From IMG/VR virus record IMGVR_UViG_3300037183_000141, positions 1 to 64,000 of that record: a stretch of 64,000 bases of DNA. The stretch is one strand, 5' to 3'. Below, one piece after another: positions 9,733 to 18,960 of this stretch. The position numbers and the translations under genes were made by a program. The stretch's first letter is position 1; each line of letters starts with the position of its first letter. This stretch comes from a virus. Lineage: Duplodnaviria; Caudoviricetes. The notes below the pieces were generated by a model that did no database searches, was not told the origin of the DNA, and saw only the letters and a list, made by a program, of their open reading frames with translations.

Positions 9733-10740
9733 TCAGATGTCGCGAAGGAAGTCCGGAAGAGGGTTGAACTCGGCGGCCCCGCCATGGCGCACGCGGGAGC
9801 CGGCGAAGCGGAAGGAGCTCGGGGAGACATGAACTATCCCGAGGTCCTCACGGAGGACCCTGCCGGCCAGGCGGACGTCGTCGAGGGCGGGACGGCGGGT
9901 CTCGGAAAGGTCGACGCTGGAGTCCAGGGCGATGAGCTTCAGGTTCAGGGCGATCCGGTCCCGGGCCTCCTCAGTCTTGCGCTTCTCCTCCTTGGAGAAG
10001 CCGGGAAGGCCGGTCGCCATGAGGTCGTCAACCGTCCGGTGGCGGCAGAGGGGGGCTGCGACACGCTTCCGAAGACGCGGAACGCCGGGGATCTTGTCGG
10101 AATGGTCGCCGGTCAGAGCCTTGAACATGAGAATGTCTGTGGGCCGAAGGGGGGCCTCATACTTCTTCAGGAGGTCACGCTCGGCCGTGTCGGCGTCGAA
10201 AAAACGGATTCCGCCGGCATGTCCGGGACGGTAAATGACAAGACGGTCGCTTTCGGAAAAGAGCTGATAATAGTCCCTGTCCGACGAGATGATGACGTGA
10301 ACGTCGGAAGGATGCTGCTTGACATAGGAGGCGATCAGGTCGTCAGCCTCCTCGTCCGGATGATGGTAGACGTCGGAGCCCATCAGAGAAAGGATGTAGG
10401 ACATGACCTCGAGCTCGTTCTCGCAGACCGTCCCGTCGCACAGGCGGATCCGGGCGGGGGAGGAGCCCGGCCGGACAGACCCAGGGTCCTTCTTCTTATA
10501 GTCAGGGTCCATTGCCAGGCGCCGACGCGGAACGCCGTCGAAGAAGACGAGCATACCGGTCGGATCGGATATGGAGGAGACCCAGTCCGAAAGCATGCTC
10601 AGGAAGCCGTATATCAGGCCCGTCGGATATCCTGACGAGGATATCAACGGGTCGCCGGAACGGTTGGTTACGAAGACGGCGTGGGCGCGATGGAGAAGGT
10701 TGTTACCATCGACGAGAACCGTGCGCTTGGGGCTAGACAA
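9733..10740 (-). CDS. 5'-3' exonuclease / flap endonuclease (Pol I N-terminal-like)
   Basis: VLVDGNNLLHRA, EADDLIAS, SSDRDYYQL, LTGDHSDKIPGVP motifs. Confidence 0.92.
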   Translation of the reverse strand: MSSPKRTVLVDGNNLLHRAHAVFVTNRSGDPLISSSGYPTGLIYGFLSMLSDWVSSISDPTGMLVFFDGVPRRRLAMDPDYKKKDPGSVRPGSSPARIRLCDGTVCENELEVMSYILSLMGSDVYHHPDEEADDLIASYVKQHPSDVHVIISSDRDYYQLFSESDRLVIYRPGHAGGIRFFDADTAERDLLKKYEAPLRPTDILMFKALTGDHSDKIPGVPRLRKRVAAPLCRHRTVDDLMATGLPGFSKEEKRKTEEARDRIALNLKLIALDSSVDLSETRRPALDDVRLAGRVLREDLGIVHVSPSSFRFAGSRVRHGGAAEFNPLPDFLRDI

Positions 10741-11302
10741 CGCGCTCGACCTTGGTCAAATAGGTCGACTTATAGCTAAGGAGGCAAGGCTTGGAGCGGG
10801 TCGGGTGCTTCACGGTTATCTCGTCTCCCTGAACATCCATGACGATCCCGCGCATCCCACGGTTCGTCCCGCTCTTGACCACGACATGGTCGTCGAGCTC
10901 AAACTCGACGTTGCGGATCGACTCCATGTTCTTCTTAATGCCGTTGATCTCATCGTCGTTGATGAGGGAGTACACCGGGGAGTTGCCGCGCGATGCGCAC
11001 ATGACCTCATTGAAATAGGAGGTATCACGCAGACGCATATACTGGACGCCCTCCTGGAACTCAATGAAGACATACCCGTCCATGTAGACGAGGATCTGGG
11101 AGTCAGAGCGAACGTCCGTGGAGAGGGACGGAACAAAGACGCTCAAAGGGCGGCCGAGCATCCTGTGGACCGACCGGGTTAGCGTTCGACTGTCCTTCTC
11201 CTGTTCGCCGGCGTGAGTGAGCTCCACGACAACCCAGCGCTTAGGGGAGGCCGAGCCTTCGTTTGAAGCCGTTTGCGAACTCTCCTTCAGATTGCGGGAC
11301 AC
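10733..11302 (-). CDS. nusG: NusG-like transcription elongation/antitermination factor
   Basis: NGN-like RWVVVEL...VFVP...YMDGYVFIE plus C-terminal KOW (DDHVVVKSGTNRGMRGIV). Confidence 0.7.
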   Translation of the reverse strand: MSRNLKESSQTASNEGSASPKRWVVVELTHAGEQEKDSRTLTRSVHRMLGRPLSVFVPSLSTDVRSDSQILVYMDGYVFIEFQEGVQYMRLRDTSYFNEVMCASRGNSPVYSLINDDEINGIKKNMESIRNVEFELDDHVVVKSGTNRGMRGIVMDVQGDEITVKHPTRSKPCLLSYKSTYLTKVERVV

Positions 11303-12641
11303 GGGACTTGTCCAACTCTACCCGAACGGTAGTTCGCTCCGGAGGAGCCTCCACCTTGACTATCTTCCGGTCCAGACTGGTGAGCGTCTCCTCCCTCGAG
11401 TAGAGAACCCCGTCGATCTCGACGGACGGGGAAGGGGTGGGGGCCGGGGGTGGCGGGGGTAGCGGGGGTGGCGGGGGTGGCGGTGACGGCGGGGATGGCG
11501 GGTTTTGGACAACCTCGACGGGAGAAGTCCGAGCCAGCCCCTCCAGAACAGGCGCCAAAAGCACAGGAGGCTGCGTCGGGGCGTACTGAGGGGGAACGAA
11601 GGTGAAGGAGTCCGACCGGAGCGGGACCGCCGGGCAACCGGAGAGGACCACGGCCTCGATGTCCGCCATGGACGGACGGTCAACGGTCCCGAGTTCCCTG
11701 GCCATCACCACCCAGTCGCGACCCCGGATAGGGAAGAAAGAGACGGGGACGGGGTAGCTCGAGACGGAGCCTATAGCGACGCGCTGGGCGCCCGTGACGG
11801 CCTCGATCATGGTGTCCCGGATCCAGGTCGGGCTCTCCCGGTGCGAAAGGTCGTCCAAGATGGCGAGGGCCGCCGGAATATCAAAATCGACAGTGGACAG
11901 AAACTTCGCGACGGCCTCATAGCTCGAGAGGCGGTAGTACTCGCCGACGAGGGCGACCGTGACCGGACCGAGAACAGACATGCCCTCGAGGGCGGTGAGG
12001 CTGGTCCGAGGGGTCCTCCGGTTCATCTGGACGATCGCGGAGAGGGCCGCGTCGTCCGCCTGAATACCGCGCTCGGCGCACACGTGGCGCAGACGCGCCT
12101 CTATCTCGGACTGCGGGGGAGCATGGACCGGATACTCCTCGACGCGGTCAACGATGGTGCCGAGAATCTTCTTCGGCTCCGTCGTGCACATGATGACAAT
12201 GAAAAGACGCGACTCTATCGCCTTCAGGAAGGCGTCCTGGGCGGGCTTCGAGAGCCTCTGCGCCTCATCCACAAGGTAGATACGGACGTCCGTCCCGTCG
12301 AACGTCCCGTAGTCCGCGTCCGAGATCATCTCCCGGATGCGGTCGACGGTTCCCTGGGAGGCCGCGTCGAGCTCTTCGACGTCCGGGTTCGTCTCCTCGA
12401 GGATGGAGACGCACGAGGGGCACTCGTTGCACGGCTCCCCGTCCCGGAGGTCCGGACACTTGATGGCCCGGGCCACGATCCTGGCCAGGCTGGTCTTCCC
12501 GCAGCCCTTCGGGCCGCTGAACATCATCGACTGGTCGGCCAGGGTGTGGCCGCGACTCCGGGACAGGATCAGCCTCTTGATGCCGTCGTTCCCAAGGACG
12601 TCGGAGAAGCGGCGGGGCCTGTAGGCAAGGTCAAACGGCAT
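11241..12641 (-). CDS. dnaX: DNA polymerase III gamma/tau clamp-loader subunit
   Basis: YRPRRFSDVLG, Walker A GPKGCGKTS, Zn motif CPD...PCNECPSC, ELDAAS, Walker B IYLVDEA; Pro-rich linker. Confidence 0.92.
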   Translation of the reverse strand: MPFDLAYRPRRFSDVLGNDGIKRLILSRSRGHTLADQSMMFSGPKGCGKTSLARIVARAIKCPDLRDGEPCNECPSCVSILEETNPDVEELDAASQGTVDRIREMISDADYGTFDGTDVRIYLVDEAQRLSKPAQDAFLKAIESRLFIVIMCTTEPKKILGTIVDRVEEYPVHAPPQSEIEARLRHVCAERGIQADDAALSAIVQMNRRTPRTSLTALEGMSVLGPVTVALVGEYYRLSSYEAVAKFLSTVDFDIPAALAILDDLSHRESPTWIRDTMIEAVTGAQRVAIGSVSSYPVPVSFFPIRGRDWVVMARELGTVDRPSMADIEAVVLSGCPAVPLRSDSFTFVPPQYAPTQPPVLLAPVLEGLARTSPVEVVQNPPSPPSPPPPPPPLPPPPPAPTPSPSVEIDGVLYSREETLTSLDRKIVKVEAPPERTTVRVELDKSRVPQSEGEFANGFKRRLGLP

Positions 12642-14352
12642 CGGGAGGCCCGAGTAGAACGTATTTCATCTTCTGTTTCCCGAAGACCTTCACATAGCCA
12701 TGCTTGACAGCATACTCTGATTCTTTCTGCCCCATGCGTGAGGCATGAGAGTATAAAGTTTTCTTATGCATTATCCATCCGTCAGAGTTTACATAATAAT
12801 AGTCAGGCTTGACGACGGAATGGAGAGCCCATCCGGCAGCCTTATATATGACCCCGGTGTGGTCGAAGGTCGTGTCTGCGAAAGAGACGATGGCCTCCGT
12901 TTTTCGGGCCGAGAAGGCAAGTGCGGAAGACCTAGATAAAAACCATGAGGCGAAATTGCGCTTATGGCGAGATGGGTGTATGCAAAATCGGTCGAGCTCA
13001 AGCACAGATGAGTACTTCATCCCCATGGAGGTGGCAACCTCCTTCCGGACCGGCGTGGAGAACTTAGCGACGGCCAATAGATTATCCCCGAGAAAAGCTC
13101 CGACCGAGACGAAGGCGGACCTACCATATCTCCCGTAATGGAAAGAATTCAGAAAATCTTCAGCCAGCCTGAATTTCGACGATGGGGAAGACTCTCTAGT
13201 GATCAGCCTTACCATGACATCACGCATGGAGAAGTCTTCGAGAACTGACGCTGCGTCCCCATGAATGAAACCGAGGATCTTCTGGCGAACGCCATGAGGG
13301 TTCAGGTAGTCGCGTTCATCAAGGTAGAAAACATGATGATCAGGATGAGAGGCGGACACGTACGAAAACTTGGAGGCATCGTTATGCTTAGCCCGCGGGA
13401 GCGAATGCCAGTATTCACCTTGGACCTCGATGAGAATTCGGTGGTCCGGAAGGAAGAAGTCGAAGACGTATGGGCCTATGGCCTTCTGCTCTTCCCATCG
13501 GATCGCAAGAGAATCAAGTATCCGAGCGGTCACGATCTCCGGCATAGATCTCCTGCCAGAGGCAAGAGATGAAGCCCTAATGGCAGCGAACCTGTCACGG
13601 AACGAAGGGTCATCCCATTGCGCCCGAGAGGCCTTGACTATCTTGGAACGATATTCATCTCTGGTCCAAAGCTGTCTCAAAGCCTCACTTTGACAAGCCC
13701 TGTAGATTGGATCCGACCAGAGAAGATTAGCGGTGGCCCGCTTCATGGAGCGAAACCCATCGCCGGACATGAGACAACGCATGAGGACGCCGTAATCCTG
13801 TTCCCACTTATTCTTGACGGAGTCGGATATTCTCTTCCTGTAAGAATCATTCGACCACATCTTCTTCATCCTATTGCTCTGAGATAGGGCGAAAGAGCCG
13901 TCATCGAGGAGTTCTATCATGGCGTTCGAGTAAGCGTTCATATACTCTGGCGACTCCATGACAGAACGTAAAGAAACAGCCCTCTTTGAGGCATATGTCT
14001 GATCGCCCCACAGAATAATGGAAGCCTTACTTCGTGCTTCCCTAGATCCAGGAAGAGCCCAGTATTTTTTCGAAGAACAGAGCTGAGAAGCCCTGTACTC
14101 ATCGGATTCCCATAGCTTCTTGGATCTAATTGATTTCCCGGAGACGAAAGAAGGGTCAGTACGTCTACACTTCGGGCACAGATAGTTACCGAACTTCGAG
14201 AAGGTTCGGAAAAAACATCTCTTTGTCGTGCGATGAGTTAGCAAGCAGGACGGGCACAAGAGGATCACTCTTGAAGTCCCCTTGTTAGGGGGTCCGAACT
14301 CTGTCTCAGTCTTCTCAGCGTCAATATGTGCGAGAAGTGCGTCCATATTCAT
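12631..14352 (-). CDS. Fusion of helical repeats, Vsr/DUF559-like endonuclease and Mom-like GNAT domain (Hef-like homing endonuclease)
   Basis: FDFFLPDHRILIEVQGEYWH (Vsr/DUF559); FLNSFHY...LELDRFC...IVSFADTTFDHTGVIYKAAGW (Mom-like GNAT); low GC; TAAAGT 6 nt before ATG. Confidence 0.7.
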   Translation of the reverse strand: MNMDALLAHIDAEKTETEFGPPNKGTSRVILLCPSCLLTHRTTKRCFFRTFSKFGNYLCPKCRRTDPSFVSGKSIRSKKLWESDEYRASQLCSSKKYWALPGSREARSKASIILWGDQTYASKRAVSLRSVMESPEYMNAYSNAMIELLDDGSFALSQSNRMKKMWSNDSYRKRISDSVKNKWEQDYGVLMRCLMSGDGFRSMKRATANLLWSDPIYRACQSEALRQLWTRDEYRSKIVKASRAQWDDPSFRDRFAAIRASSLASGRRSMPEIVTARILDSLAIRWEEQKAIGPYVFDFFLPDHRILIEVQGEYWHSLPRAKHNDASKFSYVSASHPDHHVFYLDERDYLNPHGVRQKILGFIHGDAASVLEDFSMRDVMVRLITRESSPSSKFRLAEDFLNSFHYGRYGRSAFVSVGAFLGDNLLAVAKFSTPVRKEVATSMGMKYSSVLELDRFCIHPSRHKRNFASWFLSRSSALAFSARKTEAIVSFADTTFDHTGVIYKAAGWALHSVVKPDYYYVNSDGWIMHKKTLYSHASRMGQKESEYAVKHGYVKVFGKQKMKYVLLGPPDAV

Positions 14353-14361
14353 GGACGCACT

Positions 14362-14835
14362 TTACCGGCGAAGACACTTCTCGATTTCCACCAGGCCTTC
14401 ATTCCATTGACCATGGCGCTCAGCGATCTCGGTGAACTCCTGTACCTCGGGAAGGACGATCTTATATTTCATCGTCCCATTCTCCTCATCCTCTTCACCG
14501 ACGATGCGGGTCAGAAGATGATCGACCAGGGCGATGCGCTGGTGCGGCTGAAGGTCGTTCCAGACCTCGAGGGCGACCTCGACGGCCAGGTCCCTTTCAG
14601 TGAGATACTCCCACTTCCCGGTCATCTTGTAGACGTTGCCGGCCACGGGACGTCCGCCGCGCTTTGCGGCGATGTTACGGCACATGTATTCGATGCGGGC
14701 CGTGGAGAGATGCGGATGGTGCTTCGGGATTAGCTTCTGGGCTATCTCCGCCACCGAGTCCATCTCGCCGAAGAGCAGGGGGACCTTCTCCGACTTCTTC
14801 TCTTTGTCACGCACTGCATCGTTCTCTTGGGACAT
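14362..14835 (-). CDS. Phage metallopeptidase-like protein (degenerate HExxH)
   Basis: HHPHL...I.Y...W..L...QRIALVDHLLTRI...PEVQEFTEIAERHG pattern of the phage metallopeptidase family. Confidence 0.55.
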   Translation of the reverse strand: MSQENDAVRDKEKKSEKVPLLFGEMDSVAEIAQKLIPKHHPHLSTARIEYMCRNIAAKRGGRPVAGNVYKMTGKWEYLTERDLAVEVALEVWNDLQPHQRIALVDHLLTRIVGEEDEENGTMKYKIVLPEVQEFTEIAERHGQWNEGLVEIEKCLRR

Positions 14836-14839
14836 TGCT

Positions 14840-15640
14840 TCAGAACTCCGTTCTTATCTTGTCGAGAAAATACTGGCGGAAGGCCTCGTCGCCCACCCGC
14901 TTCCAGAAGTCGCCAAGGTCTTTCTCCTTGGGCTTGCGGCAAGGATAGCGTACGTCTCGGACATTCATTCGAGACGCATTCCTCTCGCGGAAAGCGGCGA
15001 AGCCGTCTCTTCCGGCCTTGTCCATGTCCAGGCACATGTTCACGGAGGAGGCAAAGCGACGGACAAAGCGGACCTGGTCGAAGCTCGGGGCGCTGGTCGT
15101 GAGGGCCAGGACGTTTGGGGCGACCAGGCGCTCGAGGACGAGATGGTCGGGGGCGCCCTCGACCAGAAAGACCTCCTTCCGGGCCCAGATGGGGGATACG
15201 GCCATGGAGGTTCCGAAGAAGTAGCCCTCGGGCCGTCGCTTAAGAAGGAAGGTATCATACTCCTTCTCGACCAGGGAGCGGATTTGTATTCCGACCATGG
15301 AGCCGGAGTAGCTCGTCAGCGGAAAAACGACACAGCCGTTGAGCTTCCGGCCCGGAAGCGGGGTCTTCTGCTCGTCGTCCTCGGACTCCTTCTCCCACTT
15401 CGTGGACCAACGGAGGAAGCGGCAGCTGTCACACCACTCGCGCCGCCGGTCCATGTCGCCGCAGGCGACGCCGTGCTCCGGGTCGCGGCCGATCTCCGGC
15501 ATGTAGTCGCCGCCGGCATAGCCGAGGCGGTGCCGGGCCACCTGGTCATCGGACACCCCGCGGCCAAGAAGGTATGAGCGACCCTCCTCGGAGTCCGTCA
15601 GGCATCCGGCGGACCACTCGAGGAAGGCGTCAAGGAACAG
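14840..15640 (-). CDS. dnaG: DnaG-like primase catalytic core (Toprim), no N-terminal zinc-binding domain
   Basis: SYLLGRGV...RLGY, VVFPL, VFLVEGAPD, CLDMDKAGRDG, KDLGD. Frame stays open upstream of the tracked GTG (15556) to a CTG at 15640. Confidence 0.8.
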   Translation of the reverse strand: MFLDAFLEWSAGCLTDSEEGRSYLLGRGVSDDQVARHRLGYAGGDYMPEIGRDPEHGVACGDMDRRREWCDSCRFLRWSTKWEKESEDDEQKTPLPGRKLNGCVVFPLTSYSGSMVGIQIRSLVEKEYDTFLLKRRPEGYFFGTSMAVSPIWARKEVFLVEGAPDHLVLERLVAPNVLALTTSAPSFDQVRFVRRFASSVNMCLDMDKAGRDGFAAFRERNASRMNVRDVRYPCRKPKEKDLGDFWKRVGDEAFRQYFLDKIRTEF

Positions 15641-15643
15641 AGG

Positions 15644-16312
15644 TCACCCCTGGGGGCAGAAGGCGAGGCCGAGCTCCACATTGTGGAGCAGGATGGCGGC
15701 CCCTCCGTTCATGAACTGCGTGTACATGCCGACCATGTCTGGCCGGGAGAAGAACACGGGCATGGGGACGTCGTGGAATATGACCCGGCAGCACTTTGCG
15801 AACTTACGCTCCCCCGGGTCGTACTCGATCCCGAAGAAGACCTTGGCGGCCTTCTCGTCCCAGGAGGTCGGAACGAGGCACGCATGGGGCTGGAACTTGA
15901 GCCCGGAGTTCTCCTGGACGTACTCGAACGCTTTCTTGGCGGCGCCCTTTCCGGTGAAGGAGTTCTTGAACGTCCCCTGGACCGTCTTCTCGATAGGGAC
16001 GCCTACCATCTTCCCGCGCACGCGGCGCTTGACCCTCTCCAGGACGGTATGAGATCCGCCGACCGACAGGCCGAAGGCGACGGAGAGCATGGGCCCTATG
16101 ACGGCGTCCAGCTTGTCGGAGTCGCAGTCGAACACGCCGACGCCGGCCAGGCCGCTCTCCTGAGGGCCCTTGGAGATCAAGAACTTCCCGCGGGTGCCGC
16201 TGACAACGGCCGGAAAGCTCTCCTTGGACACAGGGACCTCAAGCATTAGGGGGATGGGGGTCCCGCCGCGCGAGCGGTGGAGGTCATGGTCAAGAAGCTC
16301 GGTCAGAAGCAT
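15644..16312 (-). CDS. Hypothetical protein (222 aa)
   Basis: GGAGGGAG SD upstream; GC3 bias; packed in operon. Confidence 0.7.
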   Translation of the reverse strand: MLLTELLDHDLHRSRGGTPIPLMLEVPVSKESFPAVVSGTRGKFLISKGPQESGLAGVGVFDCDSDKLDAVIGPMLSVAFGLSVGGSHTVLERVKRRVRGKMVGVPIEKTVQGTFKNSFTGKGAAKKAFEYVQENSGLKFQPHACLVPTSWDEKAAKVFFGIEYDPGERKFAKCCRVIFHDVPMPVFFSRPDMVGMYTQFMNGGAAILLHNVELGLAFCPQG

Positions 16313-16313
16313 A

Positions 16314-16883
16314 TCACTCCCTCCATATATCCTCGAGCTCCCGGTCTACCTCCCCGGAAGCGCCAGGGGGAGGGAGAACGGGGACCTTCGGAAGATACTT
16401 TCCGACGAAGAAAGCCACCAGGCGCCGATACCAGGGAAGGCGGGGCCGACGGTCCCCGAGCGCCCACTGGAGGGCAGCCAGGTCGCGCAGGTTATCGAAG
16501 ACGTACTTGTCGTCCGCGAGCAGGGACATGAAGTCGTCCGTGGCCTCCTGGGCGGACCTAAGGGGGATAAAGAACCTGCAGGTCGGGGCTATGGACTCGT
16601 CGTCGCAGACATCGCCGGACCACTTGGCCGGATTATCGGCCCCGTACATGCAGATCCGGACCGGACGGTCCTCCTGAATGACGAGAAGTGTCGTGACCTT
16701 CCTCGGGGCCAGGTCAAGCTCGGTCGAGAGGTCGGACTGGGAATAAGGGAGATTCCGGACGGCCACCTCTTTATTGAAGACACAATTGTCGTGCCGCCTC
16801 TCTTGGGAGAGGACGACATACCTTCGAAGATACCTGTCTCGAAGGCGCTCAGCCCTCTTGCGGACGACGGACTCTGGCTTCAC
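16314..16883 (-). CDS. Hypothetical protein (189 aa)
   Basis: TAGGGT 6 nt before GTG; packed ORF. Confidence 0.65.
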   Translation of the reverse strand: MKPESVVRKRAERLRDRYLRRYVVLSQERRHDNCVFNKEVAVRNLPYSQSDLSTELDLAPRKVTTLLVIQEDRPVRICMYGADNPAKWSGDVCDDESIAPTCRFFIPLRSAQEATDDFMSLLADDKYVFDNLRDLAALQWALGDRRPRLPWYRRLVAFFVGKYLPKVPVLPPPGASGEVDRELEDIWRE

Positions 16884-16892
16884 GGGGAAACC

Positions 16893-17528
16893 CTACGCGC
16901 GACGGCGAAGACGGAGGGACTTCATCTCCCCGGGGGGCTGATCGACATACCCCTCGTAGGAGAGGTGGGCGTTCGACATGAATTCGTCGTTATGGGTGAC
17001 CATGAAGATGTTGATCCCGGTCTCCTCAGAGAGCTGCTTCATGAAGTCGGCGGCCGACGGGACGTACCGGTTGGCCAGAGCGAACATCGACTCGTCGAGA
17101 AGCAGAAGGTTCGACATCTTCAGACGAGCCATGATGGCGACGCGGAGGACGAAGGAGGCTACGACGGCTGCGCCGCCGCCGAACGAGGACATCGGGTCGG
17201 CCTCAACACCATCCTCCTCGATGGAGAACCTCATGGCGAGACGGTTATACTTCGGCTCCTGGATGATGCGGAACGTCAGCTGCTGGTCGTAGATAATGTG
17301 GCGAAGCGCGGTCGTGACGAGGGACGCGATGGAGTCCACGTTCGAACGCAGAAGGTCCTCGAGCCAGTTCTTGACGACCTCGGAGCCCTTCTGGTTCAGG
17401 TCGGCCTTATGCCTGGCGGCGGCGATGAAAGTGGTGGCCGTGGACATCTGAATGCGAAGGACATCCCGGTTTGCCTTGACGGCGGCGATGTCCTCCCGCA
17501 GTCTCTTGAGACGCTCCACCCTGGTCAC
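16893..17528 (-). CDS. SbcC/Rad50-like ABC ATPase, C-terminal half only
   Basis: Coiled coil followed by signature SFGGG, Walker B LLLLDESM and H-loop FMVTH; no Walker A. Confidence 0.85.
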   Translation of the reverse strand: MTRVERLKRLREDIAAVKANRDVLRIQMSTATTFIAAARHKADLNQKGSEVVKNWLEDLLRSNVDSIASLVTTALRHIIYDQQLTFRIIQEPKYNRLAMRFSIEEDGVEADPMSSFGGGAAVVASFVLRVAIMARLKMSNLLLLDESMFALANRYVPSAADFMKQLSEETGINIFMVTHNDEFMSNAHLSYEGYVDQPPGEMKSLRLRRRA

Positions 17529-18643
17529 CGCTGCACCATCGCCTTCATATAGTGGAAGACAGAGAAGCCCGAAGGTTGGTCCTTGGGGGAAAGACAGAGG
17601 AGAGTCGGGTCCTCCGGATGGTTGTAGGAGATCCGGACGTCGCCGTCGATGTGGTCGACGATGTGCTTGAAGTTCTTGACCTGGAAGTCGGCGTCGAGCT
17701 CGCCGCGGTCATAGGAGTCGAGGGCGAAGTCCGATATCTTCTCGTTGTTGTAGTCCATCACCAGGCGGTCGGAGCTCGACTGGAAGCGGACGCGGCTCGT
17801 CCCCTCGTCCTGAACCACGGTCCCGGCCCAGGCCAAAGCCTTCGAGAGCTGGTCTTTCTTGATGACGGCTGAATAGTGGAATAGGCTATTGTCGGCCAGG
17901 ACAGCCGGGGGCCGCCTCCCGGAGACGCGCGTCAAGGACAGGCAGGAGAGCCCGTCCGAGACATACATGCGGTTCTTGTCCTGTGAGAACTGGAGAAGGC
18001 CGACCGAGGCCCTGGAGGCGAAAGTGCGGATGGCCGGGGCGTCCGTGCCGATGATGCTGAAGTCGGGGACGTCGATATCGTTCAAGCGGACGACGGTCCC
18101 GTAGAACCTCGTGGTGGAGACGGCGCAGCGCTTGTCGGAGTAGAAGTGAATCTGGTTTATCCGCATCTCCTCCTCCGTCTTTCCGACGACGGCCGAGCAC
18201 ATGAGGTGTCCCAGGACAGGCTCTATAACGTCTTTGCGGACGGCCAGGACGGACTCGACGTCGGCCGGGACGACGCCGTTCGGGACGGCGGTCCTCTTGG
18301 ACCGCTTCGCGCGGCGCTTGAGGCTTGCCTGACGGCTCTGCCCGCCCCCCTCGGCCTTGACCGAGAGGGATCCCTCGTTGATCTTAATGGTGACCGACTC
18401 GAGGTCGGAGTCGAACAGGGAGGTACGCTCCGGGGTCACGTAGAACTCCTCGGATCGGAAGTCAGCCGGGACGTCCGCGGAGACGTAGCTGACGGAAGAC
18501 CGGACATAGCGCCGCTTGTCGTACGAGAAGACGACGAGGCCGTCCTTCTCGAACCGCATGCAGAAGTCCCCGGCCTCGGGCTTCACGATCCTGGCCATCG
18601 TGAAGCCGTCGCCAACGGCCTTGGAGCTAAATACGAACTTCAT
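17525..18643 (-). CDS. dnaN: Sliding clamp (DNA Pol III beta-like), divergent
   Basis: 372 aa, three-domain size; begins MKFVFSSK, ends with the clamp-like ...FQVKNFKHIV...V.I.Y...P.LL...FHYMKAM pattern; linked to clamp-loader genes. Confidence 0.65.
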   Translation of the reverse strand: MKFVFSSKAVGDGFTMARIVKPEAGDFCMRFEKDGLVVFSYDKRRYVRSSVSYVSADVPADFRSEEFYVTPERTSLFDSDLESVTIKINEGSLSVKAEGGGQSRQASLKRRAKRSKRTAVPNGVVPADVESVLAVRKDVIEPVLGHLMCSAVVGKTEEEMRINQIHFYSDKRCAVSTTRFYGTVVRLNDIDVPDFSIIGTDAPAIRTFASRASVGLLQFSQDKNRMYVSDGLSCLSLTRVSGRRPPAVLADNSLFHYSAVIKKDQLSKALAWAGTVVQDEGTSRVRFQSSSDRLVMDYNNEKISDFALDSYDRGELDADFQVKNFKHIVDHIDGDVRISYNHPEDPTLLCLSPKDQPSGFSVFHYMKAMVQR

Positions 18644-18945
18644 CCCTTCCTGATCTCTTCCAGCATCGGGCGCACGACGGCCTCGGAGGTGGCCAAGTCG
18701 GACTCCAGGACCTCGAGCTTGGTACGCTCGACCTCGATCTTGTGGAGCAGGTCGGCCTTCAGGTTGTTCGGGTCGAAGCCCTCTTTCTCGACGTCATCCA
18801 TCAGCTTCTTCAGGCTGCGGCGACGAGCCTCGAGCTCGGCCAGGATGGTCTGCTTGTTCTGCTGCAGGGTCTCCCTGCGCGCGAGCAGAGTCTTGGAGCG
18901 CTTGGAAAGAGTCTCGATCTCGCTGACGATATCTAGTTCGCTCAT
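18640..18945 (-). CDS. Small coiled-coil protein
   Basis: Heptad-rich L/E/K/R sequence; GAAGGA SD. Confidence 0.7.
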   Translation of the reverse strand: MSELDIVSEIETLSKRSKTLLARRETLQQNKQTILAELEARRRSLKKLMDDVEKEGFDPNNLKADLLHKIEVERTKLEVLESDLATSEAVVRPMLEEIRKG

Positions 18946-18960
18946 CTGGGGTCCTTCAGG

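Noticed and set aside
11430-11500. G-rich repeats (GGGGGTGGCGGGGGT) as a possible G-quadruplex element
   Set aside because: Fully explained by the proline-rich linker codons of DnaX on the minus strand
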